From contig JBKCUU010000088.1 of the NCBI GenBank assembly GCA_046318155.1, forward strand, positions 1 through 38,358: DNA of 38,358 nt. The letters run 5' to 3'. The notes under the pieces are model-generated. The model searched no databases. It was given only the letters and a program-made list of their open reading frames with translations, and was not told the origin of the DNA. Positions 7,674 through 16,160 of the stretch are shown in pieces; position 1 is the first letter of the stretch, and the number at the start of each line of letters is the position of its first letter. The stretch comes from Bdellovibrio sp. Lineage in GTDB: Bacteria; Bdellovibrionota; Bdellovibrionia; Bdellovibrionales; Bdellovibrionaceae. The position numbers and the translations under genes were made by a program.

Positions 7674-8591
7674 TTAAGCGCGGATATCGGGCGTTCGGAC
7701 TTGGTGCAGATTCGAAAGCTTGGTGATGTAGTCTTTGAGGGCCGCATTTTCTTGGCGAAGCACTTGAATTTGCGTCAGACCCTGTTGCAGATGATTGTAG
7801 TAGTCGTGGCACTCAATTGTTTTCTTATCGAGCGCCAGTTTAAGTTCAATCAGTTTTTTCTCCGCGACGCTCGACAAGTTTTTGAGAACGTCATTTTGTT
7901 GAACTGCGTGGTTCTCGAATTGTCCAAGGATCTCATTCAATCTTCCAATCTCATCGCCGTGAGATTTGAGTGAAAGCTCTTTTTCTTCCATTTGCAGGCT
8001 ACGTTCGTCATTCAGAGTTTCGAGGTCTTTGATTCGTGACTCGAGAACACGGCGTTGTTGGTTCCATTGCTCATTTTCAAGTTGAAAGCGGTCTTTGGCT
8101 TTGCCGAGTTCGAGGCGCGTCTCATTTTGTAAGGCTTGGGCAAGATCAAGTTCGTTTGTAATGGCGCGGTTCTTCTCGGTCAGGAACTGATTCATTTTGC
8201 GTTCTTCGACCACCATGTTGTTGGCTTTGGTGCGAATTTCTTCGAGGTCGAATTGCAACTTGAGATTGAGTTCTAAGGACTTTGCCAGATCCGTGCTGAT
8301 TTTTGAGTTGGACATCCGCTCTTGCTCGAGCTGATCCGCCATCTTTTTGATCTCTTGGTTCATGTCACTTTGCATGAAGCTCATCGAATCCATGGATTTA
8401 ATGCGAGCCTGAAGTTCGGACTGCGTCGCTTTGAGTTCTTCTTGCGAGATGCGAAGATTGTGCTGCATTTTTTCAAGCCTTTCAGACCAAAGGTCTTGCT
8501 TGTTTTGAAGATCAGACTTTTGACTGAGTTCGCTCAGTTTGCCGCTGATTTCATCAAATAATTTTTCATGAGCAAGCGTATTGGATTTCAT
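7674..8591 (-). CDS. Long cytoplasmic coiled-coil protein
   Basis: E/Q/K/L heptad-rich along nearly its whole length, Pro only at the extreme C-terminus, no signal peptide or TM; GAGG RBS. Confidence 0.85.
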   Translation of the reverse strand: MKSNTLAHEKLFDEISGKLSELSQKSDLQNKQDLWSERLEKMQHNLRISQEELKATQSELQARIKSMDSMSFMQSDMNQEIKKMADQLEQERMSNSKISTDLAKSLELNLKLQFDLEEIRTKANNMVVEERKMNQFLTEKNRAITNELDLAQALQNETRLELGKAKDRFQLENEQWNQQRRVLESRIKDLETLNDERSLQMEEKELSLKSHGDEIGRLNEILGQFENHAVQQNDVLKNLSSVAEKKLIELKLALDKKTIECHDYYNHLQQGLTQIQVLRQENAALKDYITKLSNLHQVRTPDIRA

Positions 8592-8720
8592 ATTGAAAAG
8601 CCTCTGTTTCAGGAACTTGAGCTTTATGGTAGAGTGGGCTTAAGTCGTGGTCATCAAAGAAATGTCACGGGTCGAGGGCGCAACATAATCATTGCCCGCT
8701 TGAATGTAACGGATGAGTGG

Positions 8721-9098
8721 ATGAAGCCGGATAAAGACAAACCGTGGACGTGGATCAGATACAAAAGCGGCATGTGCAGTGGTTGCAGCGGCGATTGTTG
8801 TACGATGCCCGTTGAAGTGACCGGCGCTGATTTGGTGAGGCTCGAAGTCGCCATGCAAGACGAGCTCGAGGCTTCGCCTAGAAAACTAGCAAAGCGATTA
8901 CAAAAGCAAGGATTGATCCAAAGCTACCGTGATGGAACTGAACTTTTTATGATGGCGTCTCGGCCCAACGGCGATTGCCACTTTTTGCATCCGGTGACAA
9001 GGCTTTGCACCGTTTATGAGAAGAGGCCCGAGGTCTGTCGAAAATTTCCAGAGATCGGGCCAAAGCCAGGATTTTGTCCAAAAAATCCAATCAAGTAA
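8721..9098 (+). CDS. YkgJ family (CxxCxxCC) zinc/iron-chelating protein
   Basis: CSGCSGDCC, CHFL, LCTVYEKRPEVCRKFP. Start moved to ATG 8721 because the longer ORF overlaps the divergent gene. Confidence 0.9.
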   Translation: MKPDKDKPWTWIRYKSGMCSGCSGDCCTMPVEVTGADLVRLEVAMQDELEASPRKLAKRLQKQGLIQSYRDGTELFMMASRPNGDCHFLHPVTRLCTVYEKRPEVCRKFPEIGPKPGFCPKNPIK

Positions 9099-9161
9099 AA
9101 GTGACTGGCGAAAAATTTTTCGATTTATGAGTGACCGGACCACTCCAACTCATTTTTAAAA

Positions 9162-9575
9162 TTACTCAGCCACCTGCATGGGGATCACAATTTGATCTTT
9201 AACACCATTGTGCGTGAAGTTGATTCGAACTTGCCACGTACCGGGCATAACAAACCAAGCTTCGGTTGCAAGAAAATGGTCGTTGTTCAAGCGGCGAATC
9301 TGAACGGGAGCAGAGCCATGACCGTGGCCGTTCCCCATATCCATCCAAAGTTCGAGAGCAACATGATCAAGCGCTGCCAAGTCGGTTGTTGTTGCAGTGA
9401 AGTGAACCATAAATTGCGAAGCTTCTGTGCTGACAGGACCTTTATCGTAACCTATATGTACACAGAGGTCTGCTGTCATTTGGCTGCAGAACTCATCAGT
9501 ATGAAATTCATGGGCGCCCGCTGTAAAACCAATCAAGAGTGTGAGTGCTCCGATCATTTTTGAAACTGTTTTCAT
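9162..9575 (-). CDS. Secreted YtkA/FixH-like Ig-fold protein with His/Met motifs
   Basis: Signal peptide ending AGA|HEFH; LWMDMGNGHGHGSAPV and WFVMPGTWQVRI motifs; AGGAG RBS. Confidence 0.8.
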   Translation of the reverse strand: MKTVSKMIGALTLLIGFTAGAHEFHTDEFCSQMTADLCVHIGYDKGPVSTEASQFMVHFTATTTDLAALDHVALELWMDMGNGHGHGSAPVQIRRLNNDHFLATEAWFVMPGTWQVRINFTHNGVKDQIVIPMQVAE

Positions 9576-9617
9576 GTGTATCTCCTTTTTATGTCCTCAA
9601 GTTGAGGGTTTTAATTT

Positions 9618-10517
9618 TTATCGGGACCATCTTCGTTGCAGTTGCAGCATCGCAGTCTGTGCGAGCGGCGTGTTGATGGGGCTTCCAAACCAGGATTGGT
9701 CTGAAAAAGAAACGGTTGCGGCCCATACTTCTTGAAAAAGATAACTCGCCATCAAAGTTGTTGTCGTAAAACGTTTGAGGCTGCCGTCACTCGAAATGGT
9801 TCCGCGGCTCGCGATGGGGTCTTCGTACGCACTTGAGAGGCTTGTGCCGATCCTGAGGTCACCCTGATTGAATCCCGCACCGATGCCGAAAGTGCCGCCC
9901 CAACCAGGTTCTAGGCGTCCCTCAAAGTCGGACCGTGAAACATTCTTATTAAACGAGTGGTGAATTTCGAGCGACGAGTTAAAATCCCAACGGTGCACGG
10001 TCTTCGTCAGCAAGAGTCCAGCACCGAGCGCCCAGAAGCCTTGCCCGCGCGCTTCGAGACCGTCGAGATCCTCAGCTTCAAAGCTCGATTGACCTGTCGG
10101 AACAGTCACTGACGAAAACAAAATCCCTTTGGGACGGTAAGGGTGATAGTCCCAATCAGGTAAAATTTCGTAACCAACGCCCATTTGCACATCGGCAAGT
10201 CCTGAGGATCTCTGGCCCGAGCGCTCACGCGAGAGAACGGGGACTGAAAGACTGCCTTGCCAGCGATCCGCAAAAATATGGGCCGCTTCAATTTTAAATG
10301 TTTGTGAAAGCTCAGCCGTGGATCTGTGCGTCCATTCGCCTGTGGCCGAGACATCTCGGTCGGTGCTTGAATTTGAAAGCGATGTCGTCACCTGAGCTCG
10401 CTCGTCACCAGCAATGAGCGAGGGGATCGCAAAGTTGCTACCACAGCAGGCGGCGGCGAGGAGTGCAGAGGGCGAGAGCAGGGTCAGTAAAACAAGTGCG
10501 ATGAGGGGGCCATTCAT
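9618..10517 (-). CDS. Outer-membrane beta-barrel, SphA/Phenol_MetA_deg (COG4313)-like, with N-terminal Cys-Cys
   Basis: Signal peptide then AACCG; GLADVQMGVGY, VTVPTG and GQGFWALGAG patterns; amphipathic strands; near-terminal Trp. Confidence 0.7.
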   Translation of the reverse strand: MNGPLIALVLLTLLSPSALLAAACCGSNFAIPSLIAGDERAQVTTSLSNSSTDRDVSATGEWTHRSTAELSQTFKIEAAHIFADRWQGSLSVPVLSRERSGQRSSGLADVQMGVGYEILPDWDYHPYRPKGILFSSVTVPTGQSSFEAEDLDGLEARGQGFWALGAGLLLTKTVHRWDFNSSLEIHHSFNKNVSRSDFEGRLEPGWGGTFGIGAGFNQGDLRIGTSLSSAYEDPIASRGTISSDGSLKRFTTTTLMASYLFQEVWAATVSFSDQSWFGSPINTPLAQTAMLQLQRRWSR

Positions 10518-10966
10518 AGGATGAGCCTTTGAGTGGCTTCATCGACTTTTATGCCATTTTCGAAAAGCTGAAAATGCACATCCCACTCACCTGGCATGAT
10601 GAAAAAAATATTCTTGATGCGGTAAAGTCCGACAGAGAGTTTTTCGATTTGAACCGGGACGGAGCCATGACCCATTGAGGGCATCCACAAAACCACTTTG
10701 AGATCGGCGAGCGCGTCTTTAAGTATCAGCGCGCCGCCTGTGGGTTGGGCCATTTGCAAAATGAAACTACCATATTGAGTTGTGTTGCCAATCGTTTCCC
10801 AAGTCCAACCCAGGCAAAGTGATTGTGATTCAAATTTGAGGCGGCACTCTTCGAGCGATTGGACGCCAGGATTTTGGTCCGACTTTTTTTCGGCGTAGTT
10901 GGGTTTGGCGCAACCCAAAAAGAAAAAGCTGAGCGCACAGAGGTAAAGCTTATTTTTTCCAGACAT
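10514..10966 (-). CDS. YtkA/FixH-like lipoprotein
   Basis: Lipobox FLGC; LWMPSMGHGSVPV and FFIMPGEWDVHF motifs; clear paralog of 9162-9575. Confidence 0.82.
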   Translation of the reverse strand: MSGKNKLYLCALSFFFLGCAKPNYAEKKSDQNPGVQSLEECRLKFESQSLCLGWTWETIGNTTQYGSFILQMAQPTGGALILKDALADLKVVLWMPSMGHGSVPVQIEKLSVGLYRIKNIFFIMPGEWDVHFQLFENGIKVDEATQRLIL

Positions 10967-11534
10967 TGGTGTTTTCTCCGCGCTCGATCACGCAGCCAAG
11001 GACACGTGTCTGCGCTGTTTTAACTGAGCGGTCATGAGCCAGATCTTCGAGAGCCTCACGCAAATAAAATTGAGACGCATTTTCGAACTTAGCCGAGTCC
11101 GAAACGCCGCCTTTGTAAAGAACATTGCCATCCGGTGAGACCACGAAAACGTGCGGAGTTTTCAAAGCTTTCCAGGCATTAGCCGTTTTTGTATTGTCGT
11201 CTTGTATGACCGGGAAGCCGAGTCCCTGTGCTTTGAAGTACTCTTGAGTTTGCTCGAGTGTTTCGTCGAGGTTGGAATGAACCCCCACAAATTGAAACTG
11301 TGGGTACTGCTTCGAAAGCTTTTGAATTTCGGGGACATGACCTCGCGAGCACGGACATTTGACCGAGAGAAAAACCAGGACGACCGCCTTTTTCGAAGGA
11401 TCAGGCGTCACATTGAGAGGTGATTTGGTCTGCAGTGAAAGACCTTCGATCGGCGGGAACAAGGCGGCTTGAACCGGGGACAGGAGAAACAAAAAAGTGG
11501 TCAGGGCCAGGGCAGTCGCAACAGAGGTTTGCAT
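10950..11534 (-). CDS. Exported redoxin (AhpC/TSA, peroxiredoxin-like thioredoxin fold)
   Basis: Signal peptide; VLVFLSVKCPCS, KTPHVFVV, LYKGGV and C-terminal GCVI motifs. Confidence 0.85.
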   Translation of the reverse strand: MQTSVATALALTTFLFLLSPVQAALFPPIEGLSLQTKSPLNVTPDPSKKAVVLVFLSVKCPCSRGHVPEIQKLSKQYPQFQFVGVHSNLDETLEQTQEYFKAQGLGFPVIQDDNTKTANAWKALKTPHVFVVSPDGNVLYKGGVSDSAKFENASQFYLREALEDLAHDRSVKTAQTRVLGCVIERGENTNVWKK

Positions 11535-11654
11535 GGGGTTTTACCTAGCATAAGTTAGAATGAGTTCCCAAAGGCCACGGGGTATGAAGCCGCGCATTAC
11601 AGCTCAACCGAAGGTCGGCGCATTTTGATTGGATTTGAGCTTCGTTTTGTTCCG

Positions 11655-11758
11655 TTCTCATTCTGAGACATCCCGCTTGCCCCCTGGTCAGTGACTGGCT
11701 TTTCGACAAGTGCAGAACCCAAAAGTGTCACTCCTTGGAACTTGTCCCATCCTGAGAC
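11655..11758. promoter_or_regulatory. Two copies of a GTCTCA-N3-TGAGAC-like palindrome in a divergent intergenic region
   Basis: TTCTCAttcTGAGAC at 11655-11669 and GTCCCAtccTGAGAC at 11744-11758. Confidence 0.5.
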
Positions 11759-11834
11759 CTCAGAACCGCTCTAGATCACTCCCAGAAGGCCCCTCTGGCA
11801 CATTTCGTGGACGAGAGAGGGTGTGGAGGCATTT

Positions 11835-12920
11835 ATGGAAAACGTCAGCACAAGAACTTGGACCATCATCGGCGTCGCCGGATTGCTGCTGTTTGTTTCT
11901 TACTTTGCGCGTTTTTCAATGCACCGAGAGGCCTGGGCGCCCATGAAAGCGGGATTTTCTTACGAAATGCCCCGTCCTCAAAACTATGAGCCTGGCTTTG
12001 ACCTCTCGGACCGCGAAGTGAATCGTGATTATACAAACTTGCCTGGGCTCCCTGGTTTAAAAACTGCAAAAGCCAAAGTTGATCCAAAGGCGGATCCCAA
12101 AAAAGCCGAAGCCGACAAAAAAGCGGCCGCAGCTAAAAAAGCAGCAGCGGCGGCATCTGCCCGAGCCAAGGCATTGGCTGCAAAACGAAAAATGCAAGTG
12201 AAGGTCGTGAACACAAACCGTGCGGCGACTTTGATCGCGACTGTTCTCCCTGAGACGGCCGCAGAATCTAACTTTTACGGTGAAACATTTGCGAACAATC
12301 CGGCTGATACCAGCAGTCCCAAAAAAACCGAAGAAGAAGACGAAGTCTTGTCAGCAGGTCAGTGGCGCTCACTCTTGCAAAGTTCTCCCACGGCAGCCAA
12401 CGTAGCAAAGTTTGTGAAGGCCAAGCAAGAAGGCAAAATCGATTCGGCTAGCTATTACGAAATTGTTCACGAACTCTTGGTTGATTCGGCAGCGGATCGT
12501 CAGCGCGCAGCTTTAGCGATCTTGGACCAAGATGCCAGCCCTAAAACATTTGAGTTTTTGGTGACAGAGCTCGCTCAGGCCCCCGCCGATGCCAAATTAA
12601 AGATTCAAAAAGCGTTGGATGGCTACTCGGGACCCTCAAAAATCGTGATTCTCCTACGCGTCCTCGGAACAAACAAAACCCCTGCAGCTTTGCAGCAGGC
12701 GACAACGTTGGTTCAAGCGGCCTTTACTGAGTTCAAGAAGCTCTACACAGCAGGATCTGGACAAAACCGTCGGTTAGCTGGTGGCCTTAGCCTGCAGCAG
12801 TTTATGGCTTTTGTTCCTTCGCTCACTCGACTTTCGAGCGGTTCAAGCCCTGTTGCGTCGCAAGCGGCCCAGTTAGCGACCGAAATTAAAAACCTTCACA
12901 CCCCTGAAACCTCATCCTGA
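11835..12920 (+). CDS. Membrane-anchored hypothetical protein with Lys/Ala-rich linker and helical C-terminal domain
   Basis: GGAGG RBS before ATG 11835; N-terminal TM (WTIIGVAGLLLFVSYF); linker KADPKKAEADKKAAAAKKAAAAAS. Confidence 0.8.
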   Translation: MENVSTRTWTIIGVAGLLLFVSYFARFSMHREAWAPMKAGFSYEMPRPQNYEPGFDLSDREVNRDYTNLPGLPGLKTAKAKVDPKADPKKAEADKKAAAAKKAAAAASARAKALAAKRKMQVKVVNTNRAATLIATVLPETAAESNFYGETFANNPADTSSPKKTEEEDEVLSAGQWRSLLQSSPTAANVAKFVKAKQEGKIDSASYYEIVHELLVDSAADRQRAALAILDQDASPKTFEFLVTELAQAPADAKLKIQKALDGYSGPSKIVILLRVLGTNKTPAALQQATTLVQAAFTEFKKLYTAGSGQNRRLAGGLSLQQFMAFVPSLTRLSSGSSPVASQAAQLATEIKNLHTPETSS

Positions 12921-12967
12921 AGACTAAGCTCTCGACAGGTGCCCCAGGACTTGCAAAGATCAAGATC

Positions 12968-13696
12968 GTGAAAACGGTTTTGATCTTTTGTTTTTTAATA
13001 GGATACGCATTACCAGGTTGGTCCAAGTTGGACTTGCCACAAGGACTGAGTCTCGTCGAACGTCGTCAGGTGCTCGAAATCTTGGGGCCGGGTACCGGCG
13101 TCAGAGTTCTTGGCGATCCGTATCCGCTGGGAGGATATTCAGGCGTCGAGCTGGGACTCTCGAACGAAGTTATTCTCACCACAGAATTTTCACGTTTTGG
13201 CAACAAACCAAAGCTCCAGGGCGAAACCTCTTACCTCCAGCTGGGATTTGCAAAGGGCCTTTACTACAATTTAGATTTGTTTTTGAATTTTGCTCCCATG
13301 GGACAAAGCGAAGAGATTTCGAGTTTTGGTGGTGGGTTTCGTTGGGGCTTCTTTGAAGCTGAATACATGCCGATTTCGCTCTCGCTTCAGGTGGGAGCCA
13401 ACTCAACCAGTTTTCAAAACAAGATCAATGTCTCGACCCAGTCATTGGATTTGGTCGCGGGCTTTGCCGTCGAAGACGTGACCATGTACCTCGGTGCGGG
13501 GACGATCAAAGCCTCGGGCAGTTTTCTAGGGGGCACAAATGGAGTGACTGACACGGGTCAAACCGAAGAAGAAGCACTCACGACCTCACGTTTTTTGGCG
13601 GGTCTTTCACTGAAGGTTTCTCAGGTTTTCTTTGCTCTCGAAATTGCTCGGACCTCACAACCAACCTATGCGGCGAAGCTCGGGTTGCGGTTTTAA
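12968..13696 (+). CDS. Putative outer-membrane beta-barrel protein
   Basis: Signal peptide, Gly/aromatic amphipathic strands, C-terminal YAAKLGLRF BAM-type signal. Confidence 0.78.
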   Translation: MKTVLIFCFLIGYALPGWSKLDLPQGLSLVERRQVLEILGPGTGVRVLGDPYPLGGYSGVELGLSNEVILTTEFSRFGNKPKLQGETSYLQLGFAKGLYYNLDLFLNFAPMGQSEEISSFGGGFRWGFFEAEYMPISLSLQVGANSTSFQNKINVSTQSLDLVAGFAVEDVTMYLGAGTIKASGSFLGGTNGVTDTGQTEEEALTTSRFLAGLSLKVSQVFFALEIARTSQPTYAAKLGLRF

Positions 13697-13708
13697 AGAT
13701 CAGTTGAG

Positions 13709-13724
13709 CGGCATGCTCCTTGCT
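13709..13724 (+). promoter_or_regulatory. Sigma54-type -24/-12 promoter candidate inside a hairpin
   Basis: CGGCATGCTCCTTGCT has GG-N10-GC and is flanked by the GTTGAGC/GCTCAAC inverted repeat (13703-13728). Confidence 0.45.
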
Positions 13725-13736
13725 CAACAATAGCCT

Positions 13737-14159
13737 ATGAAGTTTCGTTTGCTGGTCTTTGTTTTTACTCTCATGGCGGTTCTCTTGTCGCTTCCGGCCT
13801 GCGTGAGTTTGGCAACACGAATTGATGACAGACCCAGCAAGCACGAGCTGATGTTGGCAGAGTTTCGGGCTGAGCGTGAAAAGTCTGAAAAAAAGCGGAT
13901 CTCAGAAGCTCGCAGCCGTCAGGTGCCTACATTTTTGACAAATGTCTACCGCCGCGGTCCCTTTGAACCGGAAGAGTGGGATCGAACAACGAACAAGCTC
14001 GGAGGTCGGCGTTCTTTATCGGGGCCGCCTGGAATGCGTTTTCAATCCCTGCACAGCGAGGCTGGTTGGACTTCAAGTTCAGGCCGGTTTTACCAAAACG
14101 CAGCGATTGCCGATCGAATCGCCGATCTTGATCGCGCAGATTCGGGTGCAGCCAAGTAA
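13737..14159 (+). CDS. Hypothetical lipoprotein
   Basis: MKFR plus hydrophobic core plus lipobox LPAC; fills the gap between neighbouring genes. Confidence 0.65.
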   Translation: MKFRLLVFVFTLMAVLLSLPACVSLATRIDDRPSKHELMLAEFRAEREKSEKKRISEARSRQVPTFLTNVYRRGPFEPEEWDRTTNKLGGRRSLSGPPGMRFQSLHSEAGWTSSSGRFYQNAAIADRIADLDRADSGAAK

Positions 14160-14184
14160 CTTTAAGAATTCGTTCAGATTGAAC

Positions 14185-14643
14185 TTAGAATTTACTCATG
14201 ATGTTTGTCGTCGAACGCCCTTGTACAAACTGCAATGACAGCACTAGTCCGCCGTAGGACTGAACAAATGGACCACCCACGATTTGCTCGGGCTTCCAAT
14301 CACCGCCCTTAACAAGAACGTCAGGTTTAACGAGTTTGATCAGATTTTCAGGTGTGTCCTCTTCAAACAAAACTGTCAGGTCAACACAAGCCAAGGCGGC
14401 CAAAATTTCGGCGCGGTCAGCTTCAATTTGAAGGGGGCGGGTCGGACCTTTGAGACGTTTGACGCTGGCATCAGCATTAAGTCCGACGACCAGCAAATCG
14501 CCTTTGGTGCGGGCCTCCTGAAGATAGCGAATGTGTCCAATGTGGAGAAGGTCAAAGCAACCATTGGTGAAGACGACTTTTTTGCCCTTACGAAGTGAGG
14601 AGAGTTTGGACTCGATCTCAGACCTTGAACAAAACTGTCCCAT
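14185..14643 (-). CDS. rfaE2: D-glycero-beta-D-manno-heptose 1-phosphate adenylyltransferase (stand-alone HldC/RfaE domain II)
   Basis: VFTNGCFDLLHIGH, VGLNADASVKRLKG, VKGGDW and STTNI motifs. Confidence 0.95.
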   Translation of the reverse strand: MGQFCSRSEIESKLSSLRKGKKVVFTNGCFDLLHIGHIRYLQEARTKGDLLVVGLNADASVKRLKGPTRPLQIEADRAEILAALACVDLTVLFEEDTPENLIKLVKPDVLVKGGDWKPEQIVGGPFVQSYGGLVLSLQFVQGRSTTNIMSKF

Positions 14644-14649
14644 CTAAAA

Positions 14650-15390
14650 CTAAACTTTCCGAAGGATCTGCACACCTGAAACTTGGCCCGCAAGATCTTG
14701 GCGCAACAACATCGAGAGCAAAGGCAAAAGAACCACACCGCTTGCAACAACCAAAGTTGTGCGCAACAAAACGCGCCAAGCATAGTTGGCCGTTCCTCGT
14801 TGCGCAGGTAAACCCACGCGTTGATCAAAAACCCATTCACCTGGAGTAAAGCCCAACCAAACACGGTTGAGTGATAAGTAAATCCAAGCAACGGTCGCGA
14901 ACATCGAACCCAAAGCAACGAACACGGTGCTCTCGCCCACTTGATTGAGCAAAATAAAAAGATCGACGCGTGTGACCATCAATAAAATGATCATGCAGGC
15001 CAGGGTACCGGCCGTCACAAGCATTGAATCCAAAATCAATGAAGAGATATCAGGATAAGAAGAGCGATAAGCAGGAGCGGTTGTGACATTGAGGCGCTTA
15101 TTTGAAGACGTCTCTTGAAACTCAAGTTTGCGTTTGTTTTGTAGAGTCCTGAGAATTTCATCAACCGTGTCGGCCCCGGCCGTTGGGTTCTTTGGAAGGT
15201 CTGCAACAGGTCGCCGTGAAGGCGCCTGGGGCATTTCGATTTCGGGCAAACGGCTGTCTTTTAGCTGAGTGTCCTTGAGCTCAAAGTGAGCAGGCTCACT
15301 GAGAGATGACTTGGGCTCGGTCTTCTTGTGAAAACCCAGTCCCTCGGTGAGTGGTCGAAATTCAAATTCTTCAAAAGGGTCCGTCGTCAT
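14650..15390 (-). CDS. RDD family membrane protein with long cytoplasmic N-terminal extension
   Basis: ATG 15390 is coupled (ATGA) to the rsmE stop; C-terminal ILD...TM-TM...GFTPGEW...R...TM...D RDD pattern. Confidence 0.75.
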   Translation of the reverse strand: MTTDPFEEFEFRPLTEGLGFHKKTEPKSSLSEPAHFELKDTQLKDSRLPEIEMPQAPSRRPVADLPKNPTAGADTVDEILRTLQNKRKLEFQETSSNKRLNVTTAPAYRSSYPDISSLILDSMLVTAGTLACMIILLMVTRVDLFILLNQVGESTVFVALGSMFATVAWIYLSLNRVWLGFTPGEWVFDQRVGLPAQRGTANYAWRVLLRTTLVVASGVVLLPLLSMLLRQDLAGQVSGVQILRKV

Positions 15391-16160
15391 TCTTCCCCCG
15401 GCTGCGACTTCAAAAGTCCGAACTCGTACTTTAGGACGGCAAGTAAGGCGATGCAAGCCGTTTCGACCCTCAAAACTTGGTCGCCAAGAGTCACGGGGAC
15501 TAGTCCAAGGTCTTGAATTCTTTGGATTTCCTGAAGGGAGAACCCGCCCTCACTACCGACGAAAACCCAGACCTCATCAAGGCCCTGTGGGCCCCAATTG
15601 CGGGCCAATTCCTGAACGGCGCAGGGGGCTGCTCCTTCATAAGCAAAAAGACCCGCGCGGCGAACCCCTGGGTTAGTAAAATCTTTGAGTAAAGTTTCAA
15701 AGGGGACCGGTTCATTTAAGGGCATCAAATCACCGCGGCCTGATTGCTGCGTGGCTGAAACGATGATCTTTTGCCATCGTTCTATCTTGCTGGGCGGAAG
15801 CGAATCGGCTTTGCGAACAAAGCTAAACTCGGAAAAAAAAGGCTGAACTCGGTAAGCACCCATTTCGACCGCTTTTTCAACAACATCGTCCATGACGTTA
15901 AAGCGGGGAACCGAAAGGCACAGGACAATGTGAGGCTTGGCAATCTGTGCGACTTTGCGCTCTGCGATTTTACGAGCGTAGGCCCGTTTTTTCGAGACGT
16001 TGGTGACTTCAACGAGCCAGGCTTTGCCCGTCTGGCCGAGGACCTCAAATTTGGAGTTTTTCTCTTGTCGGCAAACATCAAAAATATGATGAAACGGATC
16101 GCCATCGATCGTTACACCCTCATCATCAAATGCGGAGGCGTCCAACCAGTAGCGTCTCAT
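15387..16160 (-). CDS. rsmE: 16S rRNA m3U1498 methyltransferase
   Basis: EKAVEMGA, ATQQSGR, VGSEGGFS and LGDQVLRVETA motifs; ATG 16160 coupled to the prmA stop. Confidence 0.95.
   Translation of the reverse strand: MRRYWLDASAFDDEGVTIDGDPFHHIFDVCRQEKNSKFEVLGQTGKAWLVEVTNVSKKRAYARKIAERKVAQIAKPHIVLCLSVPRFNVMDDVVEKAVEMGAYRVQPFFSEFSFVRKADSLPPSKIERWQKIIVSATQQSGRGDLMPLNEPVPFETLLKDFTNPGVRRAGLFAYEGAAPCAVQELARNWGPQGLDEVWVFVGSEGGFSLQEIQRIQDLGLVPVTLGDQVLRVETACIALLAVLKYEFGLLKSQPGEE

Noticed and set aside
8568..8720. Extended N-terminus of the YkgJ ORF
   Set aside because: It overlaps the divergent gene start and has no family-like sequence before MKPDKD.
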